DNA of 63,346 nt, filler included, from Reticulomyxa filosa (Eukaryota > Protista > Foraminifera), in the NCBI GenBank assembly GCA_000512085.1. It is 18 parts of 18 records of this genome, joined end to end, with 100 filler letters (N's around TTAATTAATTAA, not from the genome) between each part and the next. Parts side by side here need not be neighbours in the genome. Positions count along the whole stretch, not along the records: positions 52,374 to 56,118 come from ASPP01019782.1; positions 56,219 to 62,180 come from ASPP01020817.1; positions 62,281 to 63,346 come from ASPP01027918.1; 15 more parts are not named here. One strand, 5' to 3'. Below are positions 52,725 to 63,346 of the stretch, piece by piece. A program made the translations under genes and the position numbers. Each line of letters starts with the position of its first letter. The first letter of the stretch is position 1. The notes beneath the pieces were generated by a model. The model made no database searches. It worked only from the letters and a program-made list of their open reading frames with translations, and was not told the origin of the DNA.

Positions 52725-53970
52725 GATTGGAGATTGAGGACGCACAAAGATTAGAAAATAATTTTTCAACGAAACACAAAGAGATCGCAAAACACAAAAA
52801 CTCTTCACTTAGACCGTTCCAAAAAAAAATTCTTGTTCGTTTTACACTAATTCTTTAGCTTAAAATTTTATTGAATCATTGGCACACGTTGTGTAACGGC
52901 ACGTATTTTTATCATAATGAACTACTTTAAGTTCTTTTGTTCAAATTGACTTCGCATAAATAAAAATCAACGATTTTTTGTATATTACTTAAAGAATAAC
53001 AAAACTGAAAATCAGTCTTTTTGAAAAATAAACTAACATGTGAAAATAAAAAATAGTTAAATTTTTTAAAAAAGAAGTGTTGTGCATGTAATGTGATAGT
53101 ACATTTATATTTTTATTATTTGATATATAATATATTTAAAAATAATACATATTTGCAATTAAATTTTTTTTGCATTGCAGTCATCTTTTCCACAAAAATC
53201 ATAATTTAATAAATATTAAATATATAAATATTTGCTACACAAAACACTGCACATGAATCACACTTTTTAGAATTTTTTTAGAGACTGTTTCTAATTGTAG
53301 TAAAAAAAAAGTCAATTGTTGTTATAAAATGTGTGTTATAAATTAATTTTGGCTTATTTGGTCACTATAAATTGATAAACTGAGTTTTTCATTTTATCAT
53401 TTAAAAAATACACTTGTAAAGTACTAAAACTGAAGAACTATATGGTTGCATCCTTTGTGAAACTGTTACAAACTTTTCAAAAATTTAAGGCACACTAGTG
53501 CAAATCACCAACATAAAATCACATTACAGTCATATCAATACAATGACAAAACCTGAATCAATTTTACAGTTTTTTACTATATTTTTATAAACAAATTTTG
53601 TTCGTGTTCCCAAGAAAAGATATTTCTGGAAGTATTTTTGTGAAATTTAACATATTTAAGTTTATTCATCACAAATTTTGAGGTGTTTGCTTGTTATACC
53701 GCCTTACCAATTTATTACAAACATACACTTTATTGAAAATTGCAGTCTACGTTTTTGTCTCCGCAAACAAATCTTAAAGACGAGAAATATCGGAACCATT
53801 GAGTTAGCGCATGCTTAGACAGATGCCTGCACTGAATTCACAGGTGTATCTAAGCAATAACTTCACGCTTTGTTTAGTTTGGTTGTTAGTGGATTTTTAG
53901 TATTTGTTGTACCCTTTTGCATTTATTCACGTTTTGGCTTTTGGTTGCAATCAAAGAACCTTTGCAAAAC

Positions 53971-55021
53971 ATGACTTCCTATGAGCTCCAAAAATGTTTG
54001 GTATGCTTCATTTTCGTCTCTTTGCTTTGTGTTGTGAGTTGAATGTGAGGTTTGGCTGTGCAAACAGATCATCGATGCCAAAGACCACATATTGGGACGG
54101 CTGGCATCAACGGTTGCTAAGCACTTGTTGATGGGCACTAAGATATATATCTTACGCTGTGAACGTATTGTTATGTCTGGTCATTTCATCCGAAACAAAC
54201 GTATGCTTTCTCTTTCTTTTACTTTTATTGTTTTTGGAAAGAGGTAAAAAAAAATGCGAGATACCGTGTCAGTGATTTTGAAGTTCTTTTGAGTAAAAGT
54301 ATTGTGAAGAAGTGAGGGGAGGAAAAAAATTTTTTAAGCTAAACAAAAAATCACAATTAAAAAAACTGTTAATTTTGTACAAGTATGAACAAAATTTAAC
54401 TTGAATAACGCAGTGATGAAACCATTACATGACACACATAACACAAAAAAATGGCTTGAAAAGTGAAAATGAGAGGCTTTTTCCGCCATCGAATGTGCAC
54501 GAACCCACGACGTGGCCCGTTCCACTATCGTCAGCCGTCGCGAGTCTTTTTCCGTGTTGTTCGAGGTATGATGCCACACAAGACGAACCGTGGCAAAAAG
54601 GCAATGTCATTGTTACATTGTTATGATGGTATGCCACCACGTTTTATGCACATTCGCAAAATGCGAGCCGTCACTGCGTATCGACATTTGCGATTAGATG
54701 CTAATCGTCCTTTCACCCGCTTGGGTCGATTGATGATCGATTTTGGCTGGAAATATTCTCATTTGATATCTCAATTGGAAAAGAAAAGAAAAATCAAACA
54801 AAAAGTTAAAACTAAACCAAAAAAAATGACAAATACATTAAAACAAATTTATTAATGAATTGTAATGGTGTGAACAGGCCACGTTCAAAGTTAAAAAACA
54901 AATATCAAAGTTGAAACAACAAGCTATTAAAAACGTTGCCAATTCAATGAAAGACAAGTATGCTTTCTTGACAAAATATGAATGGAATTTACCAGTTGAG
55001 CCCGTTGCTGCTAGTGCTTAA
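53971..55021 (+). CDS. RPL13A: 60S ribosomal protein L13a (uL13), 4 exons
   Basis: IIDAKDHILGRLASTVAKHLL.G...RCE.I..SG.FIRNK; TNPRRGPFHYRQPSRVFFRVVRGMMPHKTNRGK; YDGMPP. Confidence 0.97.
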
Positions 55022-55695
55022 TTGAGTGTGAAAAAAAAAAGAGATTTGTTTCAAATTTTTTTGCAAGACGTTGACTTAAGAAAACCAATGAAACCATAAT
55101 CTACATTCGGACCTGCAAAATAAGGAGTTTTTTGCTTTTTAAAATCGTTCGAAACTTGCAATGTCGGATACATCCCAATTTTTGAAAGCAAAGCGTTGGT
55201 CTAATCTCTTTTTAGCTAAAAAAAAGTGTAAACATTGAAAAGTTCGTTCTTTTATCTTTGGCTATGGTCTCAACACAAATCAATGATCGAGTTTTCGTAA
55301 CATACCAGCACATCGACTTTTTTCTAAATTTGTGTCAAAGGTTTATTTTATAGGTATAATTTGTTAATTGTCCTGCTGTGTTGCCATTTGTGACCTTATT
55401 CTTTCCTTCCAATTGCATTAAGCAATAATAAATGAATGGTGGTATATTATTCATATTTGCTTACTTCGTTTTCAAGTATTTCGCATTTTTCAATTTCTTC
55501 AGTGGCTCTATCTTATACCTCATTTGGCATATATTTCTAACTAATAAATTAAAGCAAAAATGAGCATAAACTATTATATTCTAATACATTTGCTTTTTAC
55601 GTTAAAAACAATGAAATCCCAAACGAAAAGTTGTGCGCAACACAGGGGCTCAACTTAGCAAAACTATCATTTAAAAACACAAAAAAAAAGGCAAA

Positions 55696-56007
55696 ATGGA
55701 AACAGGTCCAGTTGTTCCAGCTTTAATAAAATTCGATTCATTTCATGAAACTCAAGGATATGCGTTGGCCTGTTTAGTTGCAGCGTTTGTGGGTTTAGTT
55801 GTTCACGTCTACTACTTCGTCAAGATACAGCGCTATCGCAATGGCAAAATCCACAAAGCGTTTTTCAGAAAATATTTTGAAGTGAGACAGCCCGAGTTGT
55901 TTGCTACGGACATAGCGTCACATATACTCTTTTCATTCATTGCCCCTGTGGTGTGGATTGTTATACCAATCATAATTCCTAAAAATGGATCAGTGTACTT
56001 CTTATGG
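55696..56007 (+). CDS. Multi-pass membrane protein, first exon, 3' truncated
   Basis: Hydrophobic segments YALACLVAAFVGLVVHVYYF and ILFSFIAPVVWIVIPIII, followed by a GT donor. Confidence 0.5.
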
Positions 56008-56218
56008 TATGTTTTGTGCAATCAAACGTACTTGTAAGAGGCACAAATGTACGCGTGTGAATATGAAGTCGAAAGGAGGCCAGTAGTACATTGTACCGGA
56101 AGTAGGGGAGGGAAGGGGNNNNNNNNNNNNNNNNNNNNNNNNNNNNNNNNNNNNNNNNNNNNTTAATTAATTAANNNNNNNNNNNNNNNNNNNNNNNNNN
56201 NNNNNNNNNNNNNNNNNN

Positions 56219-56255
<37 letters not shown>

Positions 56256-56274
56256 TTATTGGATTTATCAAACC

Positions 56275-56881
56275 TAATTTCTTGAGTTCTCTTATCTTGT
56301 GTGCTCTCTCTTTGCGAATTAGCTTGGCTTCCTCTTCCAACCGTCGCTTTTCTTCTTCTTCTCTTTTCTCGTCTTCTTGTCTACGTTCTATACACACGCA
56401 CACATACACACATGCCGATCCCGTCCCAAAAATTGCATGTGCAAGGAAAGTAGAACACATTTATTTATTGAAAAAAATATTGCTCGGACAACATTCATTT
56501 GAAAGCTTTTTGTCTTGTTTTTTTTTTTTTTTTTTACCAATGCTGTTAGAAGATTCCACAACAAGCAGTTTTATTTCATGCTTCTTGTCGTCACACTGTG
56601 TTTGAGCAATTTCGGCAATTGTTTGGCTTTTATTCAAATGATCTTGTGGTATCCATACACAATAACAATAACAAAAAAATAGTTATTTGCCTCTATCTCA
56701 CTTTTTTTTTTTTAATAGAGGTACCTTCAATTGTAAATTCATATACTTTGAAGTGGTGCCATTCCTCGTATCTACGTTGCACTTCTCCAAGCAGCCAGTC
56801 CACAGTTGCTCTCTCGTCATAAACGGGAAACACAAAAACGTCTTTTAATAATGGAGTTTGAACGGAGGCTCGGACCAACAT
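56275..56881 (-). CDS. Hypothetical protein (possible ubiquitin-like N-terminus + charged coiled coil), 3' truncated
   Basis: MLVRASV...FVFPVYDERATVDWLLGEVQRRY; later exon ERRQEDEKREEEEKRRLEEE. Confidence 0.45.
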
Positions 56882-57623
56882 TTTTCGCTATTGTTTTTTA
56901 AAAATAAAAAGGTTTCGCAAGTGAGTTTTTTTTGTCTACCAATCAAAAGCTTGACGTCTGATTTGTTACAAATTCAACCCAAGGGTTTATCATTTATGAA
57001 TGATAGAGAAAGTCGCTTGTTTGTAAAAAAAAATTAAAACAATTGAAAACTTTAATTAATTTTTAATTCACATTCACTTATGTATGTATTTGAAGGAATT
57101 TTACATTTTGTGGGTACATTTAAAAATACCGTATCTTGTCAAGGTCTTAAAAAAGTCACATTCTTTTCATCTTTCCAACAAGTTTCAAAAACTATGTAAT
57201 GAACTGTAGTGACCATAAAGGATATATCCCCTCCCTATTGTTGGTGATGATTTCATTACTGACAATGATACAATAAATTATGTCGCCATAAGTGCTTTCA
57301 AAGAAGCTACTTTTCAACATATCGCAGGTCAATACCTTACAAGCCTGAATTTTCTTAGGCTATCCCATTTGCGAATTGGTGATAACACATTTGACAATGA
57401 GCGCTTCCTTGTTTGTTTATTCGTACGCACATTGCATTACAACTTTTTTTTTTTTTTAGGTTGGAAAAAACGGAAAAAGAAATAATATTTAGAATATTTC
57501 ATTGCTACGTTAGGAATGTCTTGAAACAACCCAAAAAATGCAAAGACATTAAAAAATATAAACAGCACAAAACACTCAAACCAAACAGTTTGTAGCAAAA
57601 GATAGGAATATATTTAAATAGGG

Positions 57624-58212
57624 CTATGAGTGCAAACATAAATTGCACCTTTCGGATTTTTGCCATTGTTGGAAGAGTAAGATACGAGAGGGGAAGAAAA
57701 GAGGAGGAAAGAGGGGAGGGAAGGAATGAGAGGAAAGATCGACAAGGAGCAGATCGGACCGATTGCATTTCAAAATGCCATAAACCAAACAAAAGATGTT
57801 TGGAAGGGAAATGGACACGTCTTGATTAATCCTTGTTAACTCAAGCGCTTTTCTCATTTGGTTCTCCTCACAAGCTGTAAATTTGTTATCAGTGCAAGCT
57901 TCAAGTCAAAGTCTATTTTGTTTTGTTTTTCGGATGAACAGACCAAAACAAGACAATACAAAGTTTTTTTTAAAAAAAAAAATATAATTCATTTCTTGTC
58001 TTAACAAACATGACACAATTACTGCAACGAGGCGCATTGGATTGATAAGCGCTTTCGTTTTCCAATAAAGGTTCGTCATTGAGCACAATTTGCTCCATCA
58101 GTTGTTGTGCGGCCATTTCAGGATTCTCCCCTAATCCCAACAACTCTAGTTCACGGACCAGCTCTTCACGCTCTTTTTCTGCTCGTTCCAAATTACAGTT
58201 TTGCGTGGACAT
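57624..58212 (-). CDS. Hypothetical protein, multi-exon
   Basis: MSTQNCNLERAEKEREELVRELELLG...CSNC, followed by an intron and a further coding-like exon. Confidence 0.4.
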
Positions 58213-59408
58213 GTTATTTATTTTTTGTGTTTGCTATTTTGAATTTGCTAAAAATATTATAAAGGAAATACCACTCTACGATAAGAGGAAATGACAAAGT
58301 CTTTTTTTTAATTTTGAAAGTTTTTTCGTATCGTGAGTTTCACCTTGTGTAAGAGCATACTGTTATTGGTATGGAAAAAAGGAAGAAAGTTACAAGGCCA
58401 AGAGAGATTTGCTGCTAGAACTACAAAAAATAATTTTTAATACATCTTTTGGAAAGAACGGGTTGAATTATGCATGAATGTCTTTGTAGTTTCATTTGAT
58501 TTATTTGACCAAAAAAAACTTGTTGAGCGTTTTCAAAAGCAAGTAAAAAACTGAGATTTGGTCATGTTCTCAATCAATTGGACTATTGTTGGCCATAACA
58601 AAAAAAAGTTGTTTGCCAAATAAGATGTCAGGCTTCAGGTTCAAATGGTGTTTGATTGGCCGAAAACATGAAGCTTCTGATGTACATCTGGCACTCGTTT
58701 ACGATGAAGAAAAATCCCATTTTTCCATAAAATGACTACTGCTACGTAGGTCATTTAACCCGAACTACTGCAAGAATATATATAGAGTAACAACAGGTGA
58801 AGTCCCGCTTTGCTGATTATTATACACGTATAATTATTGGTGAGGAAAGTCTTCGGTCGATTTTGGCAGAAATGCTCCATCGAAAGATGGTCCCTATCAC
58901 ACCGTTGGATCGCACGACGAAGAAGTCTTCGGATGGAGTCAGATTTAACATGGTAGGGAACAGATCTGTACAATCCACTCTCTGAGGGGATTGTATGGTG
59001 TTGACATATCACAGTATTCCACATGATTGCGGGATGATGCATCGCATCTAACCCAACGAGGCTTACTCTCACCTGTTGTCCTTATTTTTTTTTCGGCTCT
59101 ACGGCCCAAACGACTTTAAAGATTGTAGTTGTTTTAAACATCGCTGAAGAGTATACAATTTTTATTCCAACTGAGGAAAAGTGCATCCAAAAAAATGTCA
59201 TTGATCGACGTGGAAGCAAATTCCGGTGAAAATTTGAAATCATAATGCAAATTCCTGTCAAAAGGGCTCAAACGTCAAAGCTAATTAATCGAAATCATCG
59301 CGAAAATGGATGCAAAAATGAGCGAAGCAACCGATAAAATAATCAATTGTAAAATAAAAAGACAGCATTGAAATGGAAAATACATCATTTCTTTTTTTAT
59401 AAACAGGA

Positions 59409-61077
59409 ATGTTTCCGCCTAAAACAAGAAAAACAAACAAAACAAAAAAAAAGTATTGGACTGGAAAGTGCCGGAAAAAGATGAAGAATTGGTCGGAGAG
59501 TTGGATGGCCACTTGGGTAAATAACCATACAAACAAAGCAAAAATGAAAAAGAGGAAAACATGTAAATGTGCGTTTTTTTTTGAGAAAAAAAGTATACGG
59601 AAATTCGATGAATGTAACAATGAAAAGAAGAGAATTTGAGAAGCATGGAATGCTATTTGAGAATGTGGATATTCCTGAAGTAGAAGATACGGAAGGAGAA
59701 GAAGAAATAGAACACGAAGAAAAAGAAGATAATTGGTTAATAAAAACAATAAAAGAAAATTGGTGGGAATATTCAAATGAAATAAAGATAATAAAAAAGA
59801 AAAAAAGCAAAACAATAGGAATAAATATGAAAAAAAAGAATGAAGAAAAGATAATAGATTTTATAGGACATCCATTAAAAAATGAATGGACAGTAGCAAC
59901 TACAAATAAAATATTACGTTATGATATGGATGAAAAAGAATGGAAAAGAGAAAATATATTATTATGTGATTTACAAAAAAATATTACAAATATTCAATAT
60001 TCCCATACTGGAAATATTTTAGCAGTTGCATGTAATTATTCATCTAGTGGTATTTTACTTTGGCATCTTATTGCAACTAATATTAATTCTGATTTTGATG
60101 ATGGAATTATTCATTGTGCAAGTGCAGTTCATGCTACTGTTATTCCATTTGTTTCTAAATATACAAAAATGAAATTTAGTCCATGTGATCAATTTTTATG
60201 TGTATGGTTAAGTAGTATATATATATAATATATATAATATATGTTATATATATTTTTTGTTTATTTGTTTTATAGGAGTATTGGAAATTCTCGTGTTAAA
60301 ATATTTAATGTATGGAATGGTAATTGCTTATATTCACAATGGCTTCGTGAACCTATATTTGAAGTAGATTGGTGTATTGGTAATAAAAATGATGAAATAA
60401 ATATATTATCATTACATACCAGTTCATTACAATTAACATCTTTATGTTCTCATAAAATTATTCAATATCCATTATCATCTTCTAAATTAACAGCAATGGC
60501 ATGTCAAAATACAAAACAACAATATTTACCAAGTCGTTTTACTCCTCCACCTAATTTAGTTAGTAATCGTACAAATTCATCTTCTATGGATCCTCCTGAT
60601 ATTTTAGTTATTGAATCCTATCGTGATTTACTTTTTTATTCTGCAAAACATAAACATTATGATAAACCTTGGTCTCATTTAGCTGATTTAGCTTTTTCTC
60701 AAACTGATTTTATTTCTAATTCCACTATCGAATATACTGTTCGACAATTAATATGGAGTGATTGTACTCGTCGAATTGCTGTTACATTTAATAAACGAGA
60801 AACTTTTCATAATCAATCCAATAATTTTATTCAATCTCTTGGTGAATTCATTCTTCTCTTATCTTTCGATTCTAAACTTGGTATCTATCCTTTAGGCTTT
60901 CTTCGCTCTCCTTTTGGTGCTCTTCCTTCTCGTCTTATTTTCAAACGTTATTATGATTCCGGATCCGTCTCACCGAGTCCCTCTGAACGCGCTTTGCTCT
61001 TAATTGTCCTCTGGGATAATGCCTCCATCTCTCTTCATCACTTGTGTGCTCGCTCTTCTCCTCTTCCTTCTTTTTAA
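59409..61077 (+). CDS. AAAS: Aladin (AAAS) WD40 nucleoporin-like protein; 5' structure uncertain
   Basis: HP..NEWTVA...LQKNITNIQYSHTGNILAVAC...ILLWHL; VRQLIWSDCTRRIAVTF...ILLL...IYPLGFLRSP.GALPSRLIF...ALLLIVLWDNASI. These parallel Aladin LQRNVASLAW..VLAVAC..ILIWTL and MVWDPSGERLAV...[20 protein letters not shown]...ALLSVGW. Confidence 0.6.
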
Positions 61078-61684
61078 ACTTCTCTTTCTATTTACAGAAT
61101 CTTGTTTCTCTGGAAATGATAGAGAGAACATTTTGTTCAAACGTTTCTGCTGTTAAATTATTTATTTGATTCAAATCCCTTTTGACAACCTCATGCGATA
61201 CTGGTGCAATTAAAAATACTCAGTACATTTGGGGTTTGCCAAAATCTTTTGAATGAAACCTTGTTGGTTCTTCTAATTCATTTATTTCCTACTTATCATT
61301 TGTATCTAATTTTCAAAAATAGCGAAACGTATGGATCTATTTTTCTTACGAAGTGCAAAAAAACGCACGTACTTGAAAGAATAAATAACTGCTTGAAATG
61401 ACACCTAAAATGATAGATCAGATCCTCTCTTTTCGTTTGGAATATTAAAGTGTAAGCAAATTTGAAATGACATAGCAAAAAAACAAAAATCTAAGTTTTG
61501 AAGTTACAATAGATCAATTGCAAAATAAAAATAAAATTAGAATTAAAATTAAAAATAAAATAAAAATAAAAACCACAAAACAATAAAGTTGTTTACAATA
61601 GTTTTTACTGTCAAACCAAAGGTTTGATATTTGTAAAGTTTGGTAGAAGGTGATTTCCAATAATGAAGCTTTTATTTTTGTATT

Positions 61685-62152
61685 CTATCTTTTGTCATTT
61701 TTCAATTGAGTCAATAATTTTCTCGTTCTCTCTTGATCACCCGACGGGCCAGTTTTATCAGTTGGCTCTTGTAAATTTACCATTTTGGCGACTTGCTCCC
61801 ACACAGTTCCATGTTCAAATACTGCTTTCAAGTCTTCACGAAGTTGAGTTTCTTTTAATCTATACAATATTTTTGTTAAATTGTTGCATCCTCCGATTTG
61901 TAACTGTACACTTCTCCCATAACCAAGTTACTTGTTTTGTTTTTTTGCTTCATCGATTCGTTTTTTGCGATCATTGTGACATCTTTGTATGTCTTCTTTC
62001 GCTTGCTTTTGTAACTTTTCCTATTCCAAATTTTATTGCGTTTCATTTGATTTGATCTATTTTGTTGACTTTGTGTTCTGGTTTAACTTGTCCTTCTCTT
62101 TCTAGTTTTGCTTTCTCTTCTAACATTTGGCGATGAGATTCCAACCATACAC
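61685..62152 (-). CDS. Clathrin light chain, 3' exons
   Basis: Spliced: VWLESHRQMLEEKAKLERE..LQKQAKEDIQRCHNDRKKRIDEAKKQN..RLKE...GTVWEQVAKMVNL...DQERTRKLLTQLK, matching the CLC C-terminal consensus. Confidence 0.8.
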
Positions 62153-62280
62153 TATTTCATAGTGTTATTACTTCTTCTTGNNNNNNNNNNNNNNNNNNNN
62201 NNNNNNNNNNNNNNNNNNNNNNNNTTAATTAATTAANNNNNNNNNNNNNNNNNNNNNNNNNNNNNNNNNNNNNNNNNNNN

Positions 62281-63064
62281 GGACGCCGTCGACATTTTGC
62301 TTCATTAAATCCAATGATCAAATGATCTCTTTCCACTTCATATCCAAGTTCTTCTAATGTATCAACAACTTCTTGAGGAGTTTTTCTTGTTGATACATTC
62401 TTCAATAATACACATCTATTTCTTTTCGTTTCTCCAATTGTTCAGAAACGTAATCCTTTCTGAATATTGAGCAGAAAGGAGTCTTTTGAGTCTTTTCCTT
62501 TGATTCTTGCGACTTGGCTTGCTTTCTTGAATTGAACTGTTCCACAATTGATTGCAATTCTTCGAGCTTCACTTGATTTTGAAAATGTACAAATAACGTT
62601 TTCCATGATTACGAAAACGTGTGTATTTTCAATTTCTTTACAAATCTTTTATCTTTTATTCCAATAAATTTCAAAATTGATGTTTGGGACATCAACTCTT
62701 TGCCATTCACATTTGTAATTACCAAAGTGGGACTTGTCTCGCAGAAATAATCTCTTCTAACTTTCTTGCTTTTCTTCCATACATTTTCATCATTCAATTG
62801 TTCTTCTTTGCTTTCAGATTGCTTTGGAACAAATACCAAATCTCTTTGTAAGACTTATATTTTTTGTTTCTTGTTCGCTTGCATCATATCGTTTTCGTCA
62901 TCATCTGGTTTTGTTCTTTTTAAAACCTTTCGATCAATTTGCTTGATTACGATAGACTGTCTGTTGTTAATTTTATGCATCACAACATCATCTTCAATGT
63001 TCAAATGATGAGTTCCTTTTAATTTGTTTCTTGAATCGATTCCATTATTTGGTAACGATGTCAA
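62281..63064 (-). mobile_element. Degenerate gag-like ORF1 of a non-LTR retrotransposon (PRE_C2HC-like)
   Basis: Frameshifted ORF: WKKSKKVRR...PTLVITNVN... and RCVLLKNVSTRKTPQEVVDTLEELGYEV, a typical LINE ORF1 pre-zinc-knuckle motif. Confidence 0.55.
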
Positions 63065-63346
63065 CGAATCTTCGTTATGTTGTTATTTTTTTTTTCGTCC
63101 AAATGCCTTCAACATACTGTCACTGTCCATAGCAATTTCCAAGGAAATTTCAAACTTCGATATCTCGATATATCAATGTTCGGTGATATCGATAAAAAAA
63201 TTTTGCAAGGGGGTGTCCCTATATATAGCCCAAAAAAATTTTGGAAACGTTTACCAATCGATTTGGCACTGTTTTGGTGCCTTTTTCCGGCCTTTTCGGC
63301 CCTTTTTTCCAATAAATTCCTTCAAATAAATATCAAATAAAAATTC

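Noticed and set aside
22276-61077. Nuclear-envelope gene cluster (lamin + Aladin)
   Set aside because: The two genes are on different contigs separated by many artificial linkers.

Overview
This is AT-rich, intron-containing eukaryotic DNA, not a prokaryotic locus. It is 18 short contigs joined by 17 artificial 100-nt spacers (N44-TTAATTAATTAA-N44), so neighbourhood across spacers means nothing. The short GT-AG introns, homopolymer and (TA)n runs, many pseudogenes and a distinctive WD40 family suggest a rhizarian protist, probably the foraminiferan Reticulomyxa filosa or a relative (inference, not verified). Recognisable genes: DNAJC3, a HECT E3 ligase, a PTGES2-like GST, a cNMP-binding protein, an acyl-CoA thioesterase, a bacterial-type 2OG-Fe(II) oxygenase, two WD40 paralogues, an IPT+AMOP secreted protein, a mitochondrial carrier, an APH/HYKK-like kinase, G-alpha, a C2H2 zinc finger, an LDLa/mucin protein, an EF-hand protein, a SAM-SAM-EHD fusion, a PKG pseudogene, RPL13A, Aladin and clathrin light chain. 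There are also Tc1, pogo-like, LINE and gag remnants. The main finding is a 10-exon gene at 22276-24561, split into fragments in the ORF track. Spliced by hand it gives a ~554-aa protein with the main lamin hallmarks: coil-1A motif, coiled-coil rod, rod-end consensus, CDK site plus NLS, Ig-like tail domain and a C-terminal CaaX (CFVM). All family assignments come from motif recognition by eye; no searches were run.
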